Below, piece by piece: positions 1-10,055 of a DNA stretch of 64,000 bases. How positions within the stretch are numbered: the first letter of the stretch is position 1; every line of letters begins with the position of its first letter. Position numbers and translations under genes: made by a program. Source of the stretch: Faecalimonas sp. (lineage in GTDB: Bacteria; Bacillota; Clostridia; Lachnospirales; Lachnospiraceae). Location of the stretch: NCBI GenBank assembly GCA_045630205.1, contig JAZQSP010000009.1, positions 3,055 through 67,054 of the forward strand, given 5' to 3'. The notes beneath the pieces are model-generated. The model had not been told where the DNA came from. It saw only the letters and a list, made by a program, of their open reading frames with translations, and searched no databases.

Positions 1-1193
1 ATCATAATCTCCGCAAATTTTTCCTGATAGCTCTCCGCAACGATGCTCGGAACATAAATACCATCTTCTTCTCTGGTTAAAATCTGTAGCGCGTATTGCT
101 CCATATCATTAAAATCAATCAGATTCTTACGCCGCTTTTCGTCTGAAAACGCATCTGCAAATGCTTTTACAAGCTCAGTTAAGGTTCGCATATTCTGCTC
201 TGACTGCGCCATTTCCTTTTGCATTTCATACACATCATCAAAGCAATACTGCTTTGAAAGGTCCTTCATCAGTGCCTTCACCTCATCGCGAATGTCCTTC
301 ACCTGCTGAATCTTCTTTTCAGACACCATTTTATCTCTGCAAGATGCCAGTTTCGCCCACTTGACATCCTGAAGTTCTTTTTGCATCTCCTTAAAACTGT
401 CAGCGTTCTGAAGTTGCATCACAAGCACCCAATCCGCATTTAAAGCGTCTCTATACACGTAAGGACCATCTTCCTCTTCGCAGACAGCAATCGCAAATTC
501 CAAAAGTTTTTGAATATCACCCAGATACCGCTTCACCTCGCGCATAATCTCAAGTACAAACGGCTTACACTCCAATTCCTCCACGCTCTGTACACGATAT
601 TGCTCTGCGCAGGAATCCAGCCACTTTTGGGGGTTCGGGTAGCTTCTGGAAAACTCATATAATTGTAACATCAGTTCCTCCAATTTGCGGTCATCCCTGC
701 CTGATGCATAGCTTTCCACAAATTGAATAAATGCGTCGTCGCCTTCCTCATAAGCCGCCTCTAAAACGGCCTCAACAACATCTCGTTTTAGAAGTTTCAA
801 TTCTCCTTCTTCACCCACGCGGAATCCCGGATCCAAATCGATGGTATGAAAATAATCACGGATGACAGACAGACAGAACTTATGAATCGTTGTAATCTGT
901 GCTTGGTGAATCAGCGTTGCCTGGCGCTGAAGATGCACATTGTCAGGCTCGTTTTCCAATGCATGTTCAATCGCACTGTGAATACGCTCCTTCATCTCGG
1001 ATGCGGCTGCTTCTGTAAATGTCACAATCAGAAGTTCATCCACATTAAGTGGTTTTTCGTCCTTCGTTAATCTCGTAATAATACGCTCTACAAGAACAGC
1101 CGTTTTACCGGAACCCGCTGCGGCAGATACAAGGATGTTACGATCTCTAAGGTCTATGACCTGCTGTTGCTCTTTTGTAAATACTACTCCCAT
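1..1193 (-). CDS. addA: ATP-dependent helicase/nuclease subunit A (5' part; runs off the window)
   Basis: Manual translation from the ATG at 1193 gives MGVVFTKEQQQVIDLRDRNILVSAAAGSGKT (UvrD-type Walker A). Overlaps the addB stop. Absent from the ORF track because its stop lies outside the window. Confidence 0.95.
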   Translation of the reverse strand, partial: MGVVFTKEQQQVIDLRDRNILVSAAAGSGKTAVLVERIITRLTKDEKPLNVDELLIVTFTEAAASEMKERIHSAIEHALENEPDNVHLQRQATLIHQAQITTIHKFCLSVIRDYFHTIDLDPGFRVGEEGELKLLKRDVVEAVLEAAYEEGDDAFIQFVESYASGRDDRKLEELMLQLYEFSRSYPNPQKWLDSCAEQYRVQSVEELECKPFVLEIMREVKRYLGDIQKLLEFAIAVCEEEDGPYVYRDALNADWVLVMQLQNADSFKEMQKELQDVKWAKLASCRDKMVSEKKIQQVKDIRDEVKALMKDLSKQYCFDDVYEMQKEMAQSEQNMRTLTELVKAFADAFSDEKRRKNLIDFNDMEQYALQILTREEDGIYVPSIVAESYQEKFAEIM

Positions 1194-4100
1194 GCATCCA
1201 CCTCCCCTCGCATTTTCTCCAGTGCCTTGTCACTATCTAATTTCTCTAATCTTCGATACTCATGTCCGTCTATCCTCTCATCGAAGCCACAAACGGAATG
1301 ATACGGACAGTAATCGCAAGCCGTACTGCCACCCAATGCATAAGGCTTAAGGTCTACATTTCCGCCAAGAATTTCTCTTCTCACATCCTGTGACTGCTTC
1401 TTGGCATACTCAGAAATGACATGGAATTCTTCCTCAGACAGAACCTTTGATGTCTTACTCAATACACCCGCCTTTGTTTTTGCAACCGGAATTACTTGAG
1501 ATGTGCCGGTAAATCCTCTGTCCAGATGCTCTAACACTTCCTCAGACCCCTGTACCACGCCATCCGGTCTCAGTTCTTGAAGGATGACATCCTCTGCCTC
1601 TTTTCCACTCGCCGGTTTATCCACAATCGGGTCCTTCATGCGATAATATAATAATCCGGCCGGAATCACCACCTTCTCCGGATGCTTATTCTTCTGAATA
1701 TCTAACGCAGCATTCATATATACAACCAGCTGCATCTGAAGACCATAGCAGAGTTCGCCGAGGTCAAATGATTTTTCTCCGGTTTTATAATCAATGACTT
1801 TCACATATAATTTATCTTCATCCTCGCATACATCAATGCGGTCGATTTTACCGCCGTCGAATACCACCTCGTATCCCGCCGGCACAAAATCTCCTTTTTC
1901 GAGCTGTTTGGTAAGTGCCCACACGGTACGACGCAGCATACGCTTCAAACGCAAAATGGTATATTCATTTCTCGCAGAACTGTATAGAATGGAATTGCCG
2001 TAATCCACAATACTTTCGTCTACGCTACCCTGCACAAATGTTTCCCGCATCTCCTCCGGCACATCGGTCCAAGCATAACCCGCCTGCTCCAATTTCTTGG
2101 CAAAACGTTCAATGGCACCATGAAACAGATTTCCCATATCTACTGCCTGGAACTGATACATTTCGCGTTCTCTGAGGCGAAGTCCATAGTTTAGAAAATG
2201 TGCATAAGCACAGGCTGAAAACTTTTCGAGCCTGGTGACACTGCCCTTTAGAAGTTCACCATACAACGCCTTGGCCGTCTCCTGTGATAGTCTACGTTCC
2301 TCGCTGCTAAAGAAAGCCGCCTCCACCAGTTGTTCTATCTTCTGACACCACTCCGGATGTTTCTTATACCAGGTGTATAGTTCTTGCCATTCACTCTCAA
2401 GTCCCTTTTCTTTTCTTTGAAGTCCGCGGATAACGGCGTCAATACCACCTTCCACCGTCAATTCCTTATCTCGAATCGACTGCGAAACCTCCTGCACGTT
2501 TAATTCTGTAAACAGTTTCAGTAAATCAGAAATTAAGTATGCAGCACGAATTGCCTTTCCGTCTCCGGATGTTTTACTATATGTCAAATAAACCTGATTT
2601 GACGGTTTTGTCAAAGTCAGATACAGATAAAATTTCTGAATATAGGTTTGCTCTTTCGCATTTGGTGCGAGAACTGCACCATTCTCGACAAGATGCTGTC
2701 TGTCATATTCTGATAAAAGGCCATTCTTTCCGGACGAACCCGGTATATAGATGTCATTGACACCAATTAGAAAGACGACCTTCACATCTTTCATACGGCT
2801 TCGCTCAATATCCCCGACAACAACCTGGTCTATGCTCGGCGGAATAATACCCACCTTCGCTTCCTCCAGGCCTGCGTCCAAAAGCTCCGCGTACTCTTGC
2901 ATGGAGATACGCTCATCACCCAGAAGTTCTACAAACTGATCCAGAAGTTCAATGATAATGCGATAAACCTGAGCATACTCTTTCTCCAGCGCAAGTTCTC
3001 CCTCTGTCTCAAATTTCACTTGATATTCCTTCACCCGCTGTTGCAGTTCTTCTTTCATGAAGAAAGTATGTAATGCTTTGGTTACATCGCAAACGGTCTT
3101 GCTTCTACTCTTTAGCACCAGCATAACTTCCTCTATACTTGCAACAAACTCCTCGCGAATACGATTCACCTCCGCGAGTTCTGCTTCTTCCATCCCTCTG
3201 GTTCTTCGAACCCATTTTTCCTGCCATTTCTTATAACCGCGAATACCGAGTGCCAATACATAGTTTTCGAGCACATCTGCATCTTTCTGCGAGATATTGG
3301 AAAATCCGGTTCGCAGATAACGGAACACACTTTCATAAGTAAAATTTTGCTCCGCCATGTTCAAAAGACTGCGGATATATTCCACGCAGGAATTGAGCAA
3401 GATACTTCTCTTATGGTCCATAAATATCGGCAAATCGTATTTTGCAAATACCTGCTCAATGTGATTCGAATACGCATTGACATCTCCTGCAAGCACTGCA
3501 ATATCCCGATAGCGATACCCTTCCGTACGTACAAGATGACGAATTCTCTGCGCCACAAAATCAATCTCCTCCTTCGGATTCCTTGCACACCATATCTGAA
3601 GTGCACTCTGCTCCTTCTGATATCGCTCCTTCGAGTAACGGAAAAGATGTGATTCTAAAAATGCCATCGACTCATTTTCACAGAATCGGTAAATCGGTTT
3701 GTCATACAAATAAATCGGCTCTTCCACCTCTTTACCTACTTCCTTGGCAATCTTTACAAGACCAGTCACCATCTGCTTACTGAGTGCAAAGAGTTGATAT
3801 GGATGTTGGTATACAAATGGATTTTCACGCTTGTCCATTGTTACGGTAATCATCATTTTCTCGCACACAGAGAGAAGTTCTCGCAAAAGCTTGTTCTGAA
3901 TCGGCGTAAAACCGGTAAATCCGTCCAATACTATCACACTACCTTTAAGAAGCTTTGACTTTCCTGTAACCATGGAAAGTACATCCAGGACCTCGTCACT
4001 TGTAATATACTTACCGCTTAAGAACTCTTGAAACGCCTCATAGACCACCTGAATATCTTTGAGTTTGTAATACAGATTCGGATGCTGTTTCGCGTTCTCT

Positions 4101-4528
4101 ACCATTTCATCCAGCGCATTCGGGGCGATATCATACTGCGTAAATTCTGAGATTACAGATTTCATCTCGTTGACATATCCCATCTTCTTCAGATTACCGC
4201 CAAGAACCTTCAATTTATCTTGGTTGTCTCCCGCAACCTTACGAATAACAAAGCTTTTTCCTACGTCACTTAATACCATACGACCGTTTTCTCCGGTTTC
4301 CTCTAATACACGATGCGCCAAACGATTAAAACTCAATACTTCAATATTTAATATTCCTTTGTTCGGACTTGCCATCACAAGGTCCTTCTGTGTCTGCATG
4401 GTAAACTGCTCCGGCACAAGAACAATATACTTCTTCTCCGGATGCACCGCTGCCTCTAAAGTTACCCACTGATACAGATAATGGGACTTTCCTGAACCGG
4501 AAGGTCCCATGATAAATTGTAAACTCAT
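1184..4528 (-). CDS. addB: ATP-dependent helicase/nuclease subunit B
   Basis: 1114 aa; GPSGSGKS, VPEQFT, nuclease motifs GKIDRID and IDYKTG, and C-terminal Fe-S cysteines CDYCPYHSVC. Confidence 0.95.
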   Translation of the reverse strand: MSLQFIMGPSGSGKSHYLYQWVTLEAAVHPEKKYIVLVPEQFTMQTQKDLVMASPNKGILNIEVLSFNRLAHRVLEETGENGRMVLSDVGKSFVIRKVAGDNQDKLKVLGGNLKKMGYVNEMKSVISEFTQYDIAPNALDEMVENAKQHPNLYYKLKDIQVVYEAFQEFLSGKYITSDEVLDVLSMVTGKSKLLKGSVIVLDGFTGFTPIQNKLLRELLSVCEKMMITVTMDKRENPFVYQHPYQLFALSKQMVTGLVKIAKEVGKEVEEPIYLYDKPIYRFCENESMAFLESHLFRYSKERYQKEQSALQIWCARNPKEEIDFVAQRIRHLVRTEGYRYRDIAVLAGDVNAYSNHIEQVFAKYDLPIFMDHKRSILLNSCVEYIRSLLNMAEQNFTYESVFRYLRTGFSNISQKDADVLENYVLALGIRGYKKWQEKWVRRTRGMEEAELAEVNRIREEFVASIEEVMLVLKSRSKTVCDVTKALHTFFMKEELQQRVKEYQVKFETEGELALEKEYAQVYRIIIELLDQFVELLGDERISMQEYAELLDAGLEEAKVGIIPPSIDQVVVGDIERSRMKDVKVVFLIGVNDIYIPGSSGKNGLLSEYDRQHLVENGAVLAPNAKEQTYIQKFYLYLTLTKPSNQVYLTYSKTSGDGKAIRAAYLISDLLKLFTELNVQEVSQSIRDKELTVEGGIDAVIRGLQRKEKGLESEWQELYTWYKKHPEWCQKIEQLVEAAFFSSEERRLSQETAKALYGELLKGSVTRLEKFSACAYAHFLNYGLRLREREMYQFQAVDMGNLFHGAIERFAKKLEQAGYAWTDVPEEMRETFVQGSVDESIVDYGNSILYSSARNEYTILRLKRMLRRTVWALTKQLEKGDFVPAGYEVVFDGGKIDRIDVCEDEDKLYVKVIDYKTGEKSFDLGELCYGLQMQLVVYMNAALDIQKNKHPEKVVIPAGLLYYRMKDPIVDKPASGKEAEDVILQELRPDGVVQGSEEVLEHLDRGFTGTSQVIPVAKTKAGVLSKTSKVLSEEEFHVISEYAKKQSQDVRREILGGNVDLKPYALGGSTACDYCPYHSVCGFDERIDGHEYRRLEKLDSDKALEKMRGEVDAWE

Positions 4529-4538
4529 CTTCTTCCTC

Positions 4539-5786
4539 TTATTTCACTTTCTCATAGATTTCCGCAGGCACATAGCCCTTTGCGTAAATGCCTTCACCGC
4601 GGTATTCTTCCTCCAGCAATTCACCGTATTTGCGAATCATCTGAATCTTTCCGGCTTCCGCATAATCGTAAATCTTTTCAATCAAAACCTTTTGTCCTCG
4701 CAGAATCTCCTCAATGACACCCTGGAGTTCTTCCAATCCATCCCCGTGCTTTGCTGAGATACGCACAATGTGATCTGCACGGAAATCACGCAGTATTGCG
4801 TCTCCTTCTACTTTATCCTGCTTGTTAAATGCAGTGATAATCGGCTTGTTTTTAACCTCCAGATTGGTGAGTGTCTCATACACAATATACATCTGCTCAT
4901 CCACCTGCGGATTCGACGCATCCACAACATGAAGAATAATATCCGCATATTTTGCTTCCTCTAAGGTGCTCCGAAACGCCTCAATCAAATGGTGAGGAAG
5001 TTTCCGTATAAATCCTACCGTATCTGTTAGAAGTACCTCCTGCTTACTCGGAAGCTTCAGGTTGCGTGTTGTCGGGTCAAGTGTCGCAAACAGCTTGTCC
5101 TCCTCCAGTACCCCTGCACCGGTTAAGGTATTTAATAAAGTGGATTTTCCGGCGTTCGTATATCCCACGATGGCAACCACCGGAATCTTATTTCTGCTTC
5201 TTTGCTCTCTCGTAATCTCCCTGTGACGCTTCACATCCTTAAGTTCTCGGTTGAGCTGCGCAATACGGTCACGAATCAAACGTCTGTCCATTTCCAACTT
5301 CTTTTCACCAGGACCTCTCGTACCGATTCCACCGCCAAGTCTGGAAAGGGATTTGCCTAGACCGGTAAGTCGTGACTGACGATACTTAAGCTGTGCCAGT
5401 TCCACTTGAATCTTACCCTCATTTGTCGAGGCACGCCCTGCAAAGATATCCAAGATAATCAGTGTTCTGTCCATGACCTTCGTATCAAGTACATCCTCCA
5501 TATTTCCAAGCTGAATCGGGGAAAGTTCGTCGTCACAGATAATTCCTGTCGCTTCTGTCTCCCAGATTAAATCTTTGATTTCATCTAATTTCCCTTTGCC
5601 CACATAAGTCCCCGGATGAATCTGGTCTAAATTCTGAATGACTCGTCCTACCGTCACAGCTCCTGCCGTAGCTGCCAATTCTTCTAATTCATCCAAAGAT
5701 TTCTCCGTATCATCATGGTCGCTCGTGCTGACGCCGACTAAGATGACACGCTCCTTAATCTCTTTTAAATCAATCATTTCTGCCAT
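4539..5786 (-). CDS. hflX: GTPase HflX
   Basis: GYTNAGKST, DTVGFI, NKQD; glycine-rich GGGIGTRGPGE. Confidence 0.96.
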   Translation of the reverse strand: MAEMIDLKEIKERVILVGVSTSDHDDTEKSLDELEELAATAGAVTVGRVIQNLDQIHPGTYVGKGKLDEIKDLIWETEATGIICDDELSPIQLGNMEDVLDTKVMDRTLIILDIFAGRASTNEGKIQVELAQLKYRQSRLTGLGKSLSRLGGGIGTRGPGEKKLEMDRRLIRDRIAQLNRELKDVKRHREITREQRSRNKIPVVAIVGYTNAGKSTLLNTLTGAGVLEEDKLFATLDPTTRNLKLPSKQEVLLTDTVGFIRKLPHHLIEAFRSTLEEAKYADIILHVVDASNPQVDEQMYIVYETLTNLEVKNKPIITAFNKQDKVEGDAILRDFRADHIVRISAKHGDGLEELQGVIEEILRGQKVLIEKIYDYAEAGKIQMIRKYGELLEEEYRGEGIYAKGYVPAEIYEKVK

Positions 5787-5795
5787 ATATATTCT

Positions 5796-6311
5796 CTACC
5801 TCGTCTCTAAAAACTCTGCCTCTTTTTCTACTCGGTCATCCTCCGGATATTTCTCCACATACTCCTTCATCTGCTTCTTGGCCGCATCCCAATTCGCCAT
5901 ATTTTCATAGACTGCAATCAGATTAAATTGTATCTCCTGCTCCAATTCTTCTGTCAAATCCTCTCTGGCCAAGCCGCGCTCGTAGACATCGAGTGCCTTA
6001 TCATATTCGTCTGTTTCCAGATAGCTTGCCCCCAAAAAAGCACAAAGTACTGCTGTTTCCTTTGTTTCATGCTTTATTGCAAGTTCAAAGGCTTCCACAG
6101 CCGCCTCGTAATCTTCAAGTTCAAAATAAGCGATTCCAAGTCCACGATATGCCTCATCCAGATTTCGCCTTTTTTCGACATCCTTTTCAAATGCTTCCAC
6201 AGCCTGTTCGTATTTACCCTCTTCCAGCAACACAACTCCATCGTTGATATTGCCTGCGCATCCTGTTAATAATAAAACCAATATAAATAATCCTGCTATT
6301 TTCTTCATCAC
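5796..6311 (-). CDS. TPR-repeat lipoprotein
   Basis: Signal peptide with lipobox LLTGC; TPR-like repeats (AYRGLGIAYFELEDYEAA, FLGASYLETDEYDKA). Confidence 0.8.
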   Translation of the reverse strand: MMKKIAGLFILVLLLTGCAGNINDGVVLLEEGKYEQAVEAFEKDVEKRRNLDEAYRGLGIAYFELEDYEAAVEAFELAIKHETKETAVLCAFLGASYLETDEYDKALDVYERGLAREDLTEELEQEIQFNLIAVYENMANWDAAKKQMKEYVEKYPEDDRVEKEAEFLETR

Positions 6312-6341
6312 AAACCTCTTACTCTGTAATATGCCCTAAAC

Positions 6342-6387
6342 AATAAGAACATCATTCATGAATTTATTATGAATGATGTTCCTTATT
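6342..6387. terminator. Hairpin downstream of the ECF sigma gene
   Basis: Inverted repeat aataagaacatcattcat ... atgaatgatgttccttatt. Confidence 0.55.
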
Positions 6388-6400
6388 TGGTCAACCTTAT

Positions 6401-6946
6401 TTACAGCTTATTATATTCATCTTCAAATTTTTTGCGGAGCCATTTCTTTGCCCGATACAATTTATTATAGAGAACTTCCCTTGTCATCCCCAATTCTTTT
6501 GCAACTACATCGTGAGGCTTCTCCAGACAATAGATGAGATTTACAACATTGTACCAGGACTCATTCTCTTCGCGCAATCGCTTCATAAGATATGCAACGA
6601 ATTCCTTTCTCTCCCGTTCCTGTTCATCGCGGATGTACTCATCCTCTGTACTATATTGCGGAACATGCTCTTCCGGAATCGTATCCAATAATTCTCCATT
6701 CACTTCCCGCTTCGTATCACGCAGCCAATTATAAGACAGATTTCTGGCAGAACGTATCAAATATGCGCGCACGCTATCTTTATTCACATTATCAAAGTGA
6801 AGGTAAAATTGATAAAATACCTTCTGTGTGATATCCTGCGAAATATGTTCGTCTTTTGTATAGTAAAGACTTATTTTAAATACATCGTTCTGATAAGTTC
6901 GATAAATTCGATCAAACTTTTCTTCTTTTATCATCTTGTATTCCAT
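6401..6946 (-). CDS. ECF-type RNA polymerase sigma-70 factor
   Basis: Region 2-like SQDITQKVFYQFY and YLIRSARNLSYNWLR; region 4 HTH VAKELGMTREVLYNKLYRAKKWLR. Confidence 0.8.
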   Translation of the reverse strand: MEYKMIKEEKFDRIYRTYQNDVFKISLYYTKDEHISQDITQKVFYQFYLHFDNVNKDSVRAYLIRSARNLSYNWLRDTKREVNGELLDTIPEEHVPQYSTEDEYIRDEQERERKEFVAYLMKRLREENESWYNVVNLIYCLEKPHDVVAKELGMTREVLYNKLYRAKKWLRKKFEDEYNKL

Positions 6947-7122
6947 GATTTTCGACCTCTACTTATGTAACCCGCTTTTGGATATTGTAACACAAGATTA
7001 TCGCTTTATAAATACTTGTTTTGGAAAATTTTTCAAGTCGATTTAAGTCGAATCAATTTTATTGTTTTCTATGCTACGCGGGATTACGATATAACTATAT
7101 GCATATGCATGGAGGAAATGCG

Positions 7123-7569
7123 ATGGAGGAGAGATTCACTATAAACAGTATTTTGCATCAACTCGGAATCGGCAAATCATACAGTGGATATGACTATATC
7201 TTGTATGCGATCAATCTTATTGAGCAAGATGAAAGTGTTCTAACCGGCATCACAAAGATTTTATACCTTGACATAGCAAGAGAATTTCACACTTCCGACA
7301 CATGTGTTGAGCGTAACATACGCAAAGTCATCGAGATAATATGGAAACACTCTGAAACAAACAATTTCTTGATTCTCAAAATCTTCGGAAGTAAATTCTG
7401 CACAGACAAGCCATCTAACAAAGAATTTCTCGAACTATTATATAATTACATAAAATCTCATGATGCGCTTTACAAATTACTTTGCTCTGATAAAATGATT
7501 TGTCCGGTTTCCAAAGATGTTTGTGTCGCTTATACTAAAATTATTGAAAGTCTCATAAACTTAGAATAA
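7123..7569 (+). CDS. Spo0A C-terminal DNA-binding-domain protein with no receiver domain
   Basis: ILHQLGI...GYDY...ITKILYLDIAREF..SDTCVERNIR...KPSNKEF matches the Spo0A_C pattern; RBS GGAGG before the ATG at 7123. Confidence 0.85.
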   Translation: MEERFTINSILHQLGIGKSYSGYDYILYAINLIEQDESVLTGITKILYLDIAREFHTSDTCVERNIRKVIEIIWKHSETNNFLILKIFGSKFCTDKPSNKEFLELLYNYIKSHDALYKLLCSDKMICPVSKDVCVAYTKIIESLINLE

Positions 7570-7817
7570 ATGCGGTATAAGTTTTGTTAATATTCTTTCT
7601 AAAAATAGACATACTTATCCTTTTTATAATATAGACACAAAACCCCGAATTTCCTGACGCATTTTAAGGAAATTTTTTGTTGATTATAGACACTCTGTAA
7701 TGATTCGGTTGATTAATTATACCATAGCATTATAAAAAAAGGTAGATGGAAATTTATCTTGATATTTTTTATTTTTTCGGCTATAATAATATCAGATATT
7801 AAATCAGACGGAACGAG

Positions 7818-9050
7818 GTGGAATCTGTGTATATTAAAAGACACGCCGAAACTACTATACAACAACTTTCAAAAATGTTTGGTGCCATTCTTGTTGCCGG
7901 CCCTCGTCAGGTTGGAAAAACAACAATGCTACAATCAATCACAAAAGATATGGGCTATGTGACTTTGGATGATCCTATCATTCGTGCAACAGCACAAGAG
8001 CAAAGTGGAACATTCTTTAAAGATAATCCACCCCCTGTATTTGTTGACGAGATTCAAAAAGCACCCGGTCTTTTTCCACAAATAAAAATGCTATTGGACA
8101 GTCAACGTAAAAAAGGACAATTTTTTATGTGCGGTTCACAACAATTTAGAATGATGAAAAACGTAAGTGAATCCTTGGCGGGTAGACTTGGTTTGCTCAC
8201 GCTTCTAGGATTCTCACTTAGAGAAATCTATGATGTTGATTTCTCACAACCTTTTTTGCCAACAGATGATTACTTTGCAGAGCACAACAAATCATTACCT
8301 AATGTCTCTTATAATGAAATTTGGAATATGATTCATCGCGGTTCTATGCCCGAACTTTATACAAATCCGGAATTTGACTGGCAAATATATTACAGTGCGT
8401 ATGTGCGCACATACATTGAACGTGATGTCAGAGAATTATCCGAAATAGGTGACGAAGTAAAATTTACGCGTTTTATGACTGTTGCTGCTGCATCTACAGG
8501 ACAACTTTTAAACCTTGCTTCGATGGCTCGTGATGTTGGTGTCAGTCAACCAACTATCGAACGTTGGTTGTCAATTTTGGTAGCATCTAATATTGTTTAT
8601 TTGTTAAAGCCATATTCAAACAACATCATGAATCGTGCAATTAAAACACCTAAATTATATTTTCTGGACACTGGTCTTGCGGCATACCTAACCAAATGGA
8701 ACACACCTGATGTTCTAAAGAACGGTGCTATGTCTGGTGCATTTTTTGAAAGTTTTGTAATCTCTGAAATCATAAAAAGTTATTACAACAAAGGAATCAC
8801 TGAACCGCCATTATATTTTTATCGCGATAAAGATATGAACGAAATTGATTTGCTCATTGAAGATTCCGGTACACTTTATCCCCTTGAAATGAAGAAGCAT
8901 GCTGACCCAAGCGTTCAAGACATACGTGCATTTAGCATTCTGAATAAAATTCCAAACATTCAGCGTGGCAGTGGTGGTGTCATATGCTTGTATGACAATT
9001 TGATTACTCTCAAGGATACTGACCGCGTTATCCCAATAAAATATCTGTAA
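7818..9050 (+). CDS. AAA+ ATPase (AAA_14) with DUF4143 / C-terminal PD-(D/E)XK-like domain
   Basis: GPRQVGKTT, FVDEIQK, SESLAGR, KTPKLYFLDTGL, EIDLL..LYPLEMK. Confidence 0.88.
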   Translation: MESVYIKRHAETTIQQLSKMFGAILVAGPRQVGKTTMLQSITKDMGYVTLDDPIIRATAQEQSGTFFKDNPPPVFVDEIQKAPGLFPQIKMLLDSQRKKGQFFMCGSQQFRMMKNVSESLAGRLGLLTLLGFSLREIYDVDFSQPFLPTDDYFAEHNKSLPNVSYNEIWNMIHRGSMPELYTNPEFDWQIYYSAYVRTYIERDVRELSEIGDEVKFTRFMTVAAASTGQLLNLASMARDVGVSQPTIERWLSILVASNIVYLLKPYSNNIMNRAIKTPKLYFLDTGLAAYLTKWNTPDVLKNGAMSGAFFESFVISEIIKSYYNKGITEPPLYFYRDKDMNEIDLLIEDSGTLYPLEMKKHADPSVQDIRAFSILNKIPNIQRGSGGVICLYDNLITLKDTDRVIPIKYL

Positions 9051-9130
9051 TGAAAAATCAGGAACAAATGTGTTGAGGTTTTGTTTGAAAACATGAAAAA
9101 AAGAATCAGAATCCGATTCCATTAAAATTA

Positions 9131-9172
9131 AAAGCACAATTTCACGAAAATTCCAACGTGAAATCGTGCTTT
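9131..9172. terminator. Probable bidirectional terminator
   Basis: aaagcacaatttcacg ... cgtgaaatcgtgcttt hairpin between convergent genes. Confidence 0.6.
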
Positions 9173-9375
9173 ATTTATGCTCGTCTCATCCGCAACTTTT
9201 CAATCATAATATTACCGTTTGATCATGTATTGATTTTCATCCATCTTAATCCCTTGAACGAAAATAGAAGAATAGTTCAATGATTATAACTATATCACAG
9301 TGTCTGAATTTCTAAAAAAACAAGCGATGGTTCACGCGAACCACCGCCAACTAAACATCCTATATATTACAAACA

Positions 9376-9894
9376 TCAAACAGATAATAGATACAAATCA
9401 CATTTATCATTAAAGCTTTCTCCTATTGTTTTCTGCACAATATCATCTGCTTTGACAAAACCTAACGATTTGTAAAAATGAATTCCCTTTGCATTGTTTG
9501 ATTCTACAAACGCGGTAATTGCCTTTACAGCAATTATCTCTTTCACATTTTGAACCTTAGGCAAAATATAGTCATAGAACAGTCTCTTACCCAATCCTCG
9601 TTCTTGTAGGGAATGATACACTGCAATTCTCGCAATTTCAATAACTGGAACAGAATTATAACCCAAATCATTTACATCACTCACCTGTATTCCATTAGCC
9701 TTAATTGTGTAAAAGGCCATAATAGCTTCGCTATCTTTTCTTTTTAATATGTATGTCTTCCCATATTGCTCTTCATCATATTCAAAAGCATAATCCGAAA
9801 GAAACACATCTAAAGGCTCATCAGCTCCACTCTTAAACTCACCTACTGTTACAAAATGCTTTTCTTTATCAAGACGTTCTTCACAAGCAATCAA
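9376..9894 (-). CDS. GNAT acetyltransferase, AtaT/TacT-like toxin candidate
   Basis: FKSG..PLDVFL, KTYIL, VPVIEIARIAV, acetyl-CoA motif QERGLGK, FYKSLGF; TTG start overlaps the upstream TGA. Confidence 0.75.
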   Translation of the reverse strand: MIACEERLDKEKHFVTVGEFKSGADEPLDVFLSDYAFEYDEEQYGKTYILKRKDSEAIMAFYTIKANGIQVSDVNDLGYNSVPVIEIARIAVYHSLQERGLGKRLFYDYILPKVQNVKEIIAVKAITAFVESNNAKGIHFYKSLGFVKADDIVQKTIGESFNDKCDLYLLSV

Positions 9895-10055
9895 CTATCC
9901 TTGAACCCTTCTGCAAAAATTTTTTCTATTGCTTCGTCTGTTGCTTTTCTTTGCTCATCGGTATAAGGTTTAAGTTTTGATCTTTTGAGCGTCTCCATCA
10001 AAGATTGCGTAGCCTCTTCATTCAACAAAGGTACTACTGCCATTGAAAGTGCCAT
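9891..10055 (-). CDS. Small putative antitoxin (54 aa; 68 aa if the ATG at 10097 is used)
   Basis: Strong RBS AAGGAGG before the ATG at 10055; translationally coupled to the GNAT gene. Confidence 0.6.
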   Translation of the reverse strand: MALSMAVVPLLNEEATQSLMETLKRSKLKPYTDEQRKATDEAIEKIFAEGFKDS

